Positions 29,293 through 42,980 of a stretch of 64,000 nt of DNA are shown in pieces (the first letter of the stretch is position 1; each line of letters begins with the position of its first letter). Below the pieces are notes generated by a model. The model ran no database searches. It was not told the origin of the DNA and worked only from the letters and a program-made list of their open reading frames with translations. The position numbers were made by a program, and so were the translations under genes. The stretch comes from Chrysomallon squamiferum (Eukaryota; Animalia; Mollusca), in the NCBI GenBank assembly GCA_012295275.1, contig CM022669.1, forward strand, positions 4,588,001 to 4,652,000, in the 5' to 3' direction.

Positions 29293-30313
29293 CAAATACA
29301 TATGTACAAATATTCATTTATTTATTTCACATTAACTGCATGTGCATCCAGATTTATATCATAATACTGTTTGTATTCTGAATTACTGCAAACAAATCTA
29401 AGCATTTCTCTCTGCTTTCAGTATTAATTGATAAAGATTAAAGGGTCTGCAGTATTTAATGAGTGGGTGAATCTGAACTCAAGCTACAATCAGTCTGCCC
29501 TCATCAGTTTTCTGTGCAAGGTGAAGCACAATCAATGTTTGTTTGTGCTGACTGAAAGTAATGCATTTGTCATGTATTACAATTTTTACTAAAGATGTCT
29601 TTGTGCGAAGATGCATGCAATATTAATGTTAAATAACAACCAGATATTTCTTTCTTTCATCAAAATTTAAAAATCTCAAAACTACAAAAGTATTCCTTTC
29701 AGAGTAGATCATGAAGTAATAAATATAATATACATATAATAAAAAGCTCACATAAATCTTAACATAATATGAGTAATATTAATTACCTTTCTGACAACAG
29801 TTCATGAATAAAGAAGTGATGTTTTGTAACTAATATTAACAGACAGCACAAAGAAAAGAAGAAATTTAAAACTTTCTAAGACAGATCCCTTAACTGACTG
29901 CAGAAACAGAGAACTCAAGACTAAAGTTTTTGTTTTCCTGTAAACATAATTGCAACCAAATCTTTGAAATATCACTGAATTAATTTGTAATTATAAATTT
30001 CATTACAAAAGACACAGCTTTTGGGGTTTTGTTTTTAGTTAAGTGTAGGGTGTTTTCGGAATAAAAGTCAGGAGTGTAATATTAAGTAGATTTATCAGTT
30101 TCACCTGAATCTCCAAACAAAGAAGTATCAGGTACCTTTCAAGTCTGGACAGCTTTCACATACTCTTCTTGTTTTTTCTATCCCAAGACACACAATTTAT
30201 ATACACGTAATAAATAATTTTCAACTTTCCAAATTAATTATTCTGCTGATGTGTGTACCTATTAGTACATCTAACTAATGCAAAACTAAAAGCATTTGCC
30301 AAATCTGAGGGGA

Positions 30314-30348
<35 letters not shown>

Positions 30349-30463
30349 AACTCAAGCAGCACTTAACAGTGTTAAACCAGTAATCAAATGCTTCAACTAA
30401 ATTCCAACATATTCATTTCAGAATCATTACTTACATACATATATATACACATATATACATGTA

Positions 30464-30465
<2 letters not shown>

Positions 30466-30547
<82 letters not shown>

Positions 30548-30572
30548 TGTGTGTGAGAGAGAGAGAGAGAGA
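30466..30572. repeat. (GA)n microsatellite
   Basis: Pure ga run. Confidence 0.97.
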
Positions 30573-30899
30573 TTTTTTCTTAATCATTACACTGCATGTG
30601 GCTTCTGCAACATTCTAGAAAATTTGTGTTTCATTTCTAATAACAGTTAAGTAAATTTTTTATATTTGAGACTAGACAGCATAGAATTTTTAAGAATTTC
30701 CCATATTTTAGTTACAATAATTTTTATAAAAGTATCCAATACCCCATTTACTTTTAATATTAACATTTTGATAAACTTCCCACATCACTGCTATCCAGAA
30801 TATGTACAATTTCCCAAAACCCAAATTATCTTTCTGTTTTGAAAAATTTCCCACACCATGGTTATTCATAAATTTCCTTAATTTGTCATTCATCCCCAG

Positions 30900-31158
30900 G
30901 TATCCCTGACATTTTGAAAAATATCCCATACCCTGGTTACCCTTAATATTCTGAAGTTTTCCATATCCTAGCTATCCTTAATATTTTTGAAAAATTTCCC
31001 ATATCCTAGCTATCCTTAATATTTTTGAAAATTTTTACATATCCTAGCTATCCTTAATATTTTTGAAAATTTTTCCATATCCTAGCGATCCTTAATATTT
31101 TTGAAAATTTTCCCATATCCTAGCTATCCTTAATATTTTGAAAAATTTCCATATCCTC
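30900..31158. repeat. 38-bp minisatellite (atcctagctatccttaatatttttgaaaattttccat) x~6, more degenerate copies back to ~30690
   Basis: Unit starts 30965, 31003, 31041 (period 38). Confidence 0.93.
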
Positions 31159-32091
31159 ATCCACCCACAGTATTTTGTGAATTTGCTGTCCACTGCCTGT
31201 TGAAGAAACTGAGTTCCACACTGATATGTAAGGAACTGCTGTCCATCAACCTGGATACCTGAGACTTCCCTGCTGAAGACAGAATTAATCTCAGTGATTA
31301 TCTGAGCAGTGACTTGTTGGTTAATGTGAAACCTGAAAAGGGGAGGGCACGGCTTCGTGAAGAAAGAGAAAAATAATATGTAAAGTTCAGACAAGCATAG
31401 GGCAGAGAAACCAAGAAATTATTAATACTGTTGTTGCTATCCACACTGTCAGTTATTAAAATTATTGTTATTAAATTTTTGTTATTATTATTTTTGCTTT
31501 CATTGCTGTTATTATTGTTGTTGTTGTTGTCATTCAAAAGTGAACTTAAAGAAGCATACTATAGAACAACAGACTTGCTGTCTTTAAAACAAAGCAGTTT
31601 AGACTGTTACAGAGTAACAGTTACAGCATTTCAAAAGAAGATGCATTTTACATCAAAGTTAACATTACAGAACTGATCTTTCAGCACAAAATGATGAAAG
31701 ACTAACTCTCTTTAAGACAAATTTTAACATCACAGATAACATTATAGAACTCTGTTAGTAGTATAGAACAGACTAACTCTTTAAGACAAACTTAACAGAA
31801 CCCTGTTATTAACACAAAACAAGACCAGAGGCTGACAGACAGACTGACTGCCTTTAAGACAAGCTGTATATTACAGTGGCAGATAGATGACTGTACAAGT
31901 TAGTAATTCAAGTCTAGTAACAATTACAGAAATGGGTCTCTGGGGAGGGGAAATAATAAAGAAGACAAATAATGGCTGCTCTCTGTGTAACTTCCTGTTT
32001 GGTGAACTTCCAGCTTCATCCTGCATTTCTGTAATCATTCCTGTCTTATTTATTTATTTATTGTATTAGTTTAAACTGTTTCACTTCCACC

Positions 32092-32230
32092 ATTTAATTT
32101 TGAATGATTTATGTTATGTCATATTTATTTATTTCTACTGTTTAATTTTGATTGATTTATGTTATGTCATATTTATTTATTTCTACTGTTTAATTCTGAT
32201 TGATTTATGTTATGTCATATTTATTTATTG
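32092..32230. repeat. 48-bp tandem repeat x~3
   Basis: gatttatgttatgtcatatttattta at 32106, 32154, 32202. Confidence 0.93.
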
Positions 32231-35200
32231 AATTGTATTAGTTTGCTTTATTTATTTTATTTTGCTAGATTAATGCTGGCTGTGTTTTAGTTTGGTTTTT
32301 TGGTTGGTGTTTTTATTTTGGGAGGGGGCATCGTCTTGTTATTTATTTATTTTGGTTATTAGTTATTTTTTATTATTGATTTTTGATTTTTGTTTAATTC
32401 TATTTATTTATTAACTTTTATTTTATTTCATGGATTCTGTAATTATGTGAAGATGCACAAAAAAAATTACATACATTGGATATATTTGACTAAACTATGT
32501 TATTATTTAGCTAAATGAATAGGAAAAAGACAAACAAAACACAAAAAACAGATTTCATGTTATTTTAGTTTAGGAGAGATATGCAGCTTAGACAATAATC
32601 ATTACATAATAAACCAGCCATTTGTGGAGAAAACAGAACATCAAAGCTGAGCAAGGTTTTAATTACTGTAAGTAAAGATCCACAAATAAAGCATGAAATC
32701 TGATCACATAATACTTCAGAATTCAGTAGATTTTAAGGTGGAGAATTATTTTTAAAAACGAAGAATCTCAAAATGTCTATCCTTCATACTATGCTGCTTT
32801 TCCACAATTTCTGCATGCATCAACACATATTTTTACACTGACTCTTACTTTCCATTACCCTTGATAAATTTTTTATTTTTTGTTTGCTTTCTTTTATTTA
32901 CTTTTTACTATTTATCCTTCCACTTGCTCAGTTGTAACACTCATTCATTCATTCATTTATTTATTTATTTACAGTTATTTTTATTTATTTTGTGTCGTTT
33001 ATGTTGTGGTATTTGGGATTTTGCATTCTTTCCTACAAACATGTTACACTGTTTCCTACAAACATGTTACATTGCTTCTTACTCAGAACTGTGAAAATAC
33101 TAACAGACTCTCAATAATGCAGTTCAGCCAATGATCTATTCTCCAGTAATAATGAATAAAAAAAGAAGTTGTTTATCTGTTAATCTTTCATATGTTCTGT
33201 ACCACTTTTATTTTTATTTATTTATTTATTTATTAATTTATTATTGTTAGTAGTAGTAGTAGTAGTAGTAGTAATAGTGATAGTAACAGTAGTTGTAGTG
33301 GTAGTGGTGGTGGAAATACTAGTAGTTGTAGTGGTAGTCATGGTGGTAATACTAATAGTAGTAGTGGTAGTAACAATACTAGTAATAGTAGCAGAACTAT
33401 TTATTTAGTTGGATTTGTTTTGTAGGTTTTTTTTTAGTTGTTTGTAGTTCGTCTTAATTTTTATAGCATACTTCATTTTTTGCAAAGATTGGCCCCCAAA
33501 AAAAAAAAAACTTCATCTAAATTTATTTTCTTAAAATATTTACTCACAATTTCTTTTGTAACAATATTACAAAAATTTGAAAAATTGAAAATTTCTTTAA
33601 AATGCTAAAAAACAGAAGATGAAAAACAAATAAAGTGAAAGATAAATAAAGAAAATGAAGTAAAAATGTCATGAGTTTATCAAACCAAATACCTAGCCAT
33701 ATTTAATCATCTGCAATCTAAATTAAATGTTTTAATCTCTAAAACAAAAATAAAAAAAAACTTCAAAAAAAAAAAAAATATATATATATAATTCTGTTAT
33801 TCTTTTTTTCTTTCATTTAGTTTTTGCCTGGCAGGCTTTAACCTCAGTAAAAAAACAACAAAAAAAAACGTGCATTTGGCAGCACTGTGATCTGTTTGAA
33901 TTGTGGATAAATCTGTTTGCTGATATTTCTTATCTTGTTATTTAGGTAAAAAGATATTTGTAAGTTAATGGATTGATAAAGATCAAATGAATGTGTAAAA
34001 CATTACAATAATAATAAAAAAAATAATAAAAAAGAGGAAAAAAAAAACTAAAGTAAAAAACAAATGCATGGAGTGAAGATCCTAAAGTTCTGATATGATG
34101 TAAACAAAACAACAGCAACAACAACAGATATAAGAATGATGATGATGATTATGATGATAATAATAGTTATGATATTGATGATGATGACAGAATAACAGCA
34201 ACAATGATAAAATTGACCAGAAAAAAAAGAAAACAAAAAAACTGCTATATGTCTAGATGCAATATAAATAATTTAAAAATAAAAATGAAAAACAGAGAAA
34301 AACAAACCTATTTTATTTGGATGAAATACATGTATTCCTACAGAGAGACAGAGACAGAAATACAGAGACAGACATAAGTGTGTGTGTATAAATATATATT
34401 ATGATATGTTTATGTGTATGATTACATAGAGATGGATAGATGGATAGACAGACAGACAGACTGATAGATATGTATACAAGATGTTATTCTGGCTTAAATC
34501 ACATGGGTCTTATTTCTGAATAAAAACCAAACAGATAAAAAAAAAAAAAAATAATAATAATAATTAAAACAAATTTCAAATAACATTTTCTGCATAAAAC
34601 GTAAATTTTTGTTTATATCTCCTAACACTTTTATCTGAGCTTTCATCACTGAGAAATTTATTATTTAAAATTCTTTTCACACCTGACAACAGCTGAAAGA
34701 TGACTCTAACAATGTCGCTAACTGAAAGTGTCACAAGGGAGGTACCCCTGCACAAAACCATGACACTGGGGCCAGGTGCAAACCACACAGAAATCAGATT
34801 AACTGAGGATCATGTTTTTATGTGTAAAATACTTGTCTACCCAGGATATTTAAAAATAGTAACTATTTTGTTTCCTTATTACACTTAACGTGTTTGCTAT
34901 TTTTGTTGAATTTCTGTTTACCAGTTTATTAGTTTGGTTCATTTGATTTTCTTTACTTTCATTTATTTAATTAATTATTAATTTTTTTATTTTTTTTTTT
35001 TTTTAATTAATTTTATTTTTTTATTTATTTATTTTAATACTTTTATTTTTATTTATTTGTTTGTTTGTTTGTTTGTTTGTTTGTTTAATTATTTATTTAT
35101 TAAATCCTTCCTTTGTTGTCTAGATTACTTATAATTAACATAATTTCAAAAACAATTTTATTATTATTATTACTTTTAAATAAAAAAATCCTTAACCAAT

Positions 35201-35636
35201 ACCAAATTTGATCAAAAACTACTTTCTATACATCTATTTGAAGTAACTATTTGGGTCAGGAAAAAACTAGACCCTGCAACAAGACAAAAAAAAAAAAAAT
35301 TATATAATTTACATTAGTTTTATAAACCATCCTTGATTTATTAAATCGGGCCTCCTATCTATATCAAGAACATTACAATACAATTCAATATAATAACACA
35401 ATGGTATGTAACTCTAACATGCAAATACAACAATAAATGTGTAATATACATAAAGATATGACATACGTTATACAAATGTAATATGCATAAAATCCAACAA
35501 GCATAAAAAGACCAGAGTAATGTGTATATAAGTCAATCACATAAAGAAAACATGATAGGTAAACATAATGTAAATGATAGGTAGAAATGTACAAAAGTCC
35601 AACATGCACAGAAACTACATATAATAATACACCACA

Positions 35637-35716
<80 letters not shown>
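35637..35716. repeat. (AT)n-(GA)n compound microsatellite
   Basis: Visible. Confidence 0.95.
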
Positions 35717-35720
<4 letters not shown>

Positions 35721-36144
35721 TATGTATGTGTAAAAGGATTCTATTGTTAATGGTGTTGAATACACCCTGTATTGAAGGTGGATTAATACTGTCAGCCATT
35801 GATTAACACAGTTTATTTGTTACTAATGAAACGGCACACATGTTATTACTGAAGTGTGTCAGAAAAAGATTAGATGAAAAACTGAAAAATGCAGATAACT
35901 GCATTATTAAAAAATAAATATGGAATTTTATTGTAATGCACAGATTTATTAATACCAGCAATACACAAATAAACTGACATAACAGTTTTTAGTTTTGTTC
36001 ACTGGTATCTTTGAGCTGTCTTTATCCGTTCCAATCAGTAGGATTTATTTTAAAATAACTGGTATGTGCTGTTATGTTATGTTTCTCAAATTTTTCATGT
36101 TTTTTTTTAGAAAGCTTTTAAACAGAAATTTGTTATTTGTATTT

Positions 36145-36678
36145 TAAACTCAGTTACAAGAAATTTGTTAAATTTCAGTTACAAGAATTAAATTTGATCT
36201 CTGTCTTAAATCTAAACTCAGTTACAAGACTTAAATTTGATCTCTGTTAAATCTAAACTCAGTTACAAGACTTAAAATCTTTGTGATACAAGACTTAAAT
36301 TTGATCTCTGTCTTAAATCTAAACTCAGTTACAAGACTTAAAGATCTTTGTCTTAAATTTGACTCAAATTTGATCTCTGTCTTAAATCTAAACTCAGTTA
36401 AACTCAGTTACAAGACTCAAATTTGATCTCTCTGTCTTAAATTAAACTTAAATTTACAAGACAGGTACAAGACTTAAATTTGATCTTTGTCTTAAATCTA
36501 AACTCAGGTACAAGACTTAAATTTGATCTCTGTCTTAAATCTAAACTCTGTTACAAGACTTAAATTTGATCTCTGTTAAATCTAAACTCTGTTACAAGAC
36601 TTAAACTTGATCTCTGTCTTAAATCTAAACTCAGTTACAAGACTTAAATTTGATCTCTGTGTTAAATCTAAACCCTGT
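36145..36678. repeat. 41-43-bp minisatellite (ctcagttacaagacttaaatttgatctctgtcttaaatctaaa) x~12
   Basis: Tandem copies with internal deletions; no unique spacers. Confidence 0.95.
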
Positions 36679-37880
36679 TGATTCTTTTCATGACATCACA
36701 ACACAAATCAACTCTCATCAACATTAATAATAAAAAGTGTAAAAGTTTTGGCAAACCAATATGTATTTATTTAATTTCAAATGTCGTCACTTTTGCTGTT
36801 GTAATATCTTAATTATTTTCTCTCTCACACCATTGTGAAATCTGTTAATTGTTTTTCATGAATGCTTGTAGAATATGCAATACTGTGGTTGGTGTGATGT
36901 AGGAATGGATTATTATCTCATAATTCATAACACAGTGGTATGTAATTGTAACATGCACATAAAAATAAAGCAGAACTGATCTGTTAAAGTGGAAAATCAA
37001 GTGTGAAAAGTCGTAAGATTTGAACCTTTGAACTCTGAAATGAGTAGTATTAGACAAAAATTAGTTTCATTGTCTTTCATTTTTTATCAATATATATATT
37101 CACTTTCATATATAACAGCTTCAACCAACAGTGAGATTTGATCCCACAGCTATTCAAACAATCAACAAACAACAGCAACCAATTATAACATGATCACAGT
37201 TCTCAACAACAATCATAAATCAGGTTTGAACCCCAAATCTTCAGTCTTGAAAACCCCTATCAATGATTACTTTTACAAGAATTACCTCCAGCCAGATTTG
37301 AACCCACAGTCTTTCTGAGAGTTCACACAACCTAAATGATCTGGTAAGATAAATATCTGTTCTGCAGTGACCTGGACCCCCAAACTCTGCAGCACTCATC
37401 CCATTGTGTTGTGTCCAGGGGAGTGACCACAGGTCAAGCAGGGTCAAAGCAATGTCGCAGTAAAACTTGAGTTGTTCTAACTGATTTTTGCTGTTTTCGT
37501 TAACAGGCCTCCAGCCAACACCTCTCAACATCATCCAGACAACCACTGTTGTAAACACACACTGTGACCAGCGAAGCAAAACAAGAGCATTTATTATTTT
37601 TTTGTGGCAAATATCACTATTATTATTATTATTGTTGTTGTTGTTTTTACTGTTATTATTGTTATTATCATCATCTTCTTCTCCTTGCTGTTATCATTAA
37701 TAATAACATCGTTGTATCTATTAGTAGTAGTCAAAATTGAAGTATTATTATCTTCATTACAGTAATCTTTTAATAATTATTACTGTTATTATTATTAGTT
37801 GTAGTAGTAACAGCAGAAATTATAGTGGTAACTAGTAGTAGTTGTGGTGGTAGTATTTGTAGCAACAGAAGTAATAGCAA

Positions 37881-37917
<37 letters not shown>

Positions 37918-38319
37918 AGTAGTAGTGGTAGCAGCAAGAGCAACAACAGTACTTCAGAAAATTCCTTATTATAAACAAAAAACTTTGTGTTCAGTAAAGC
38001 AGATCATAAGTTCAGCACTACTACTTCAGTGTGACAAAACAAACTTAACAACCGCTATTATCACAGTGACTATTATGATGATTATTATTATTATTATTAT
38101 CCACAGACAAACACATCCAGCTGGCAAAACATCAGCACCTCACCCGTTATAAACAACACAAAACAGAACTCCTAGTGACCACTGAACCAAGCCAACAGCA
38201 CTTACACAACAACAGTTACTCACACAAACACTGAAAACAGGTGGGAATGAATGAAGAAGAAAAAGAAAGAAGAAAGAAGAAGGAAAGAAAGAGAGAAGAA
38301 AAAGAAAACAAACACAATA

Positions 38320-38475
38320 CACCGACACGGACCAATCACACGACGTGCTCATCGACGCAGTATTAGCCAACGTTGCGCGTGTAAAAGCCGATGCAGTGTC
38401 TTGAATGGTTGCTGCAACTGTGAGAGTTGAGGCAAAAGACAGAAATAATAAAAGCTTCTCTTCAATTGGCCAATA
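38320..38475 (+). promoter_or_regulatory. CpG-dense CCAAT-box promoter candidate
   Basis: 10 CpGs in ~38322-38391; GACCAATCA (CCAAT 38332-38336); palindromic ATTGGCCAAT (38465-38474); consensus donor ~400 bp downstream. Confidence 0.6.
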
Positions 38476-38743
38476 ACTCATTCTGGTTTAGCGGAGGCTT
38501 TCTGCTTGAGAGTCCTCTTTTCCTTCTCACTCATCTCTCTGGGGACTGACCAGTGTTCTTACAGTCCTGTGTTAATAACATACAGCCAGCAAGTTTCACC
38601 TTGTACAGATATGTGTCACGTCGTTTTCTCTCACTGCGGATCACTATCATTACCTCCTGTCTGATTTTAAAAATAATAATAATAATAATAATAATAAGAT
38701 ATTTATTAATTCAACTTTATTCAACTACGGTTTTGTTCTCATT

Positions 38744-38779
38744 ATGAATATTAAAGGAATTATTTTACCATATCTTCAG
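38744..38779 (+). CDS. Candidate coding end of an alternative first exon: MNIKGIILPYLQ, phase 0, rest of protein outside the window
   Basis: attATG (A at -3) at 38744 is open for exactly 12 codons to the full-consensus donor CAG|GTAAGT (38779/38780), downstream of the CpG/CCAAT island. No homology recognised. Confidence 0.4.
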
Positions 38780-39689
38780 GTAAGTTTTAACAATTACTTT
38801 TTAAAAAAATTACAAATTATGTTTTGATTAGTTTAATATTTTTTTTTCTCTCTCTTTCTTCTTCTCTTTTTGTATTTGCTAAATAAATAAGTTTGATGAA
38901 ATGCTGGTATCTTGATCTAACACATGCAGATACACTCACCCACATAAAAATTTACTGAGCATAAATATTTAATGCAAGACTGTATGTGTTACAGTATTAT
39001 TTGAAAACCAATGTCTGTGTAAAGAATATTGAACATTCTAAATCAGTTATTACAAAATATTGCATCATGTTTAGTTTTTCAGATAAATGTTCAGTTATAA
39101 TAAATTTACAATAATTTAAGTATCTTTTTATAGACCAAGATTTAGTTTCAATAGTTTCTGTAAAAGTATTTGATTACAAAATAATTTCTATACTTAAAGT
39201 TATTATTTCGTACCTACATGAAGTGTGATAATTTTATGTAACAATACATTTTTTATTATCATAGTATTTTATATTTATATTTCTGTTATTATTATTTATT
39301 ATTTTTTGTCATTACTGATGTCATTTATTATATTATTATCATCATCATTTATTATTGATTATTATTATTATACTTTTGATACAGTGTAACAGTAACCTCT
39401 GCCACTGAAAATAAATAATTTTTTTTAATATATTCTAATCTACACCCTGTTATTAATATATAGTATATAAACAGTATGAGTATGGGAAAGAGAGAGAGAG
39501 AGAAAGAGGGAAAGAAAGAGAGAAAGAATGAAGAAGAAATATAGACTAAAATAAAAACAAAAATGACAGAGGGATTAAAACAGAAAAAAAGAAAAGGAAC
39601 AATGAGAAAATGAACGAGTGTCTGTATGAATGTTTGTGTTTCAGTTTTTCTAAAACCGAATTAAAAGAAAAACAACACTCAAAGAGGTG

Positions 39690-39870
39690 CTACAACAGTG
39701 AACAGTTGTGTGTGCGACACGCTTCACGACTGATAGCTTCTCTTTTACACACACACTTATCTTCTAGTAAACACGATCAAATGACTGTTTTTGTGTTGTT
39801 TTCTCCGTGTGCGAACCCGAGACTTTGTTTTAACTGAAACACAATCGCACTCAGCTCAGTGGTTCAGTCT
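39690..39870. promoter_or_regulatory. Small CpG-retaining island in the putative first intron (enhancer or further TSS)
   Basis: About 8 CpGs in ~140 bp (gtgcgacacgcttcacgac ... ccgtgtgcgaacccga ... aatcgc). Confidence 0.3.
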
Positions 39871-40689
39871 GGACATTTCTCTTTACAAATTAGCTTGAAT
39901 TACTTGTCTAATTAAGTTTTCATTCACTTTATACATGTATGATGTTACTCTCTCGTACTTCCTGACTCTCTCTATCTCCGAATCCATCCATCCATCCATC
40001 CATCGTCTAATCATCCATCCATTCATACATATCCATCTCTGTCTTTTTATCTTTTGTAGTTTTCATTTCGGTGCTGTATGTAATTGTGTATTACATTTAT
40101 AAGTGTAATTTCTTTGTAGTTATGTAAATGTGAATATGGTGTTTGTGTGTTAATCAGTGCTGTTCTGTCACCTAGAACAAATTAGTTAGAATAGAAAAAT
40201 AAAAACTTATGTGTATATAGATTATGTATGTATGTATGTGTGTGTGTGTGTGTATAGATACACACACATACACACACACACGCACACAACTATATAATCA
40301 GAATCTGAATCAAACCTATGCATCCCGTCAACGAATTAACACATAATTATAATAGGACTTAAAGAAACTTTAATGTACTTTCTCAACACAGTATCCATAT
40401 ATATATATATATATATAAACTTGTTGAATCTTTTACCTTCCATCAGTGTGAGAAAAGACATCTAGAAAAATGTGCAACCATGTTTTTATCTAACATACTG
40501 ATAACATGACACTTCAGATCAGAATATTTCTTTCAGTTTTTTTGTTTGTTTGTGGCTTTCAAGTCTAAGTGTAGCACATTTTGAATTCTCCTTAATTTTA
40601 TAAAAACTTTAATTTGTTATAACAGTGTTTTTAGTTAATGCTATTGTGTGGAAAAAACAAAAACATGTTATTGTTTGAAATATATTTAT

Positions 40690-40692
<3 letters not shown>

Positions 40693-40726
<34 letters not shown>

Positions 40727-40878
40727 TCTCTCTCTCTCCCTCATGAATGTATGTATATTTGAATATGTATGTATGTGTGAATGTGTGTGTTTGTAAAATA
40801 TAATGGGTGTATGTGTGTGTGTTTATGTATGTATGTATGTATGTATGTGTGTGGATATGTGTGTGTGATTGTGTGTGA

Positions 40879-40927
<49 letters not shown>

Positions 40928-40940
40928 TGTATGTATGTAC
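40693..40940. repeat. (CT)n followed by (TG)n/(TATG)n microsatellites
   Basis: Visible. Confidence 0.95.
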
Positions 40941-41036
40941 TTATTATTATATGTAAGAGTTCTGTGTTTAAATATTTATGTTCATCTATCTTGCAGACAT
41001 AATTAAAAATATATAACATTTACTGTTCATTCTGTA

Positions 41037-41098
41037 AGATTTGATCCCAGAACTTACCACTCTCAAGCCAGTGTCTCCACCAGTGCACTGACAAGGCT
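41037..41098 (-). mobile_element. Possible decayed tRNA-derived SINE head
   Basis: Minus strand reads gccttgtcagtgcactggtggagacactggcttgagagtggtaagttctgggatcaaatct: A-box-like tcagtgcactgg and B-box-like GGATCAAATC with tRNA-like spacing. Confidence 0.35.
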
Positions 41099-41304
41099 CA
41101 TGAAATGTTGATAAAAAGAAAGCACAATTTATGCCTTTAGCATGTTAACGCATGTTTTTTAGTAACTGGTAATTATACACATGAAAGAAAACACAAAAAC
41201 AAGTTTCCTCAAATATGAGAATAAATCATTAACAGACATGAATGTGGGAGGTTCAACACTATTAACATAACTACAGAGTTTGTAATAGAGTTCTGAATTT
41301 TTGT

Positions 41305-41545
<241 letters not shown>

Positions 41546-41609
41546 TTTTGGGGGTTTTTTGTTTTGTTTATGGGTATCATTCAGGCCTCATTCCAATTTA
41601 TAAAACATG

Positions 41610-41845
41610 ATTGTGTATGTGTGTCTGCATGTATGTCTGTATGTTGTTGTATGTGTATATGTGTGCGTGTGTATGTGGATGTATTTGTGTATATATGTGT
41701 ATATGTTTGGGTGTCTATATACATGTGTATGTATGTCAGTATGTATGTATGTATGTATGTATGTATGTATGTATGTTTGTATGTATGTATGTGTGTTTAT
41801 GTATGTGTGTATGTATGTATGTATGTATGTGTGTGTGTATGTATA
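41610..41845. repeat. (TATG)n/(TG)n microsatellite
   Basis: Visible. Confidence 0.95.
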
Positions 41846-42309
41846 CACTGTTACATCAACTTTTCTATCTGAAGGAAGCTCATAGTTTTTGTTTGTTATT
41901 TTACTTTATTTTGTGTAAAATTTTGAAATTTTAGAATTTTTAAAATAATTTGTAAAGATTAATATGTGTGCAAGTATTGATATTTATGTATGGTATATCT
42001 GGGTTTTTTAGAGGGTCTGGCATTACAAGTTAAAACACTTAAAAAAACCCAAAAATAAAACCAAGCAGAATAAACTGTACAGCACAAAAGTGTCTCTCTG
42101 TATATTTGAAACTAGTTGAGAATATACAAGAAATAATTTACAAGAAGACTGCACTGTGTTGAGTGATACAAAACATACACACAGACACTGCCAGTGTACC
42201 CTTCATCTCAGATTTCTATCATCCACACCTGATAAACTTTATCACCTGTAATCAGTCCAAGGCTAGCCACATCACCCCAAACTGATGTCAATGAACTCTT
42301 AGTGATTAT

Positions 42310-42491
42310 ACCCACACACACACACACACTCACTCATACACTCACATACACATTCACACATACACTCACATACACATTCACACACACACACTCACATACC
42401 CACACTCACACACACACACACAGACACACACATACACTCACACACACACACTCACACACACACACACTCACATACACACTCACACCTCACA

Positions 42492-42544
<53 letters not shown>

Positions 42545-42714
42545 TCACATACATACACACACTCACACACACACACACACTCACACACACTCATCACACA
42601 CACACATACACACACACACACATTCTCACACACAGACACACTCACACATATACACACTCATGCATACACACACACACACACACACACACTCACACATATA
42701 ATTCTTTATACATC

Positions 42715-42754
<40 letters not shown>

Positions 42755-42755
42755 C
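42310..42755. repeat. Degenerate (CA)n/(CACT)n satellite
   Basis: Visible; source of the 201-aa HT-rich ORF. Confidence 0.95.
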
Positions 42756-42939
42756 ATGTTTATAAATATAAATATATATTATATATCTATGGGTATGTGT
42801 GGAATCAACTGAATAAAGGAATTAATTATAATGCAGTATATCTACACTGTATGTCTACACTGCAGTATAAAACATATTTGTTCGTCAGAATCATAGCAAA
42901 TATTTGAATTTTGAAAACTATTTTGCTGAACCCTTCAAA

Positions 42940-42980
<41 letters not shown>

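Noticed and set aside
31165-31376. Protein-looking + frame (...KELLSINLDT*DFPAEDRINLSDYLSSDLLVNVKPEKGRARLREEREK) with one internal TGA
   Set aside because: Internal stop, no convincing splice sites and no recognised family; would need a BLASTX hit to call a pseudogene.
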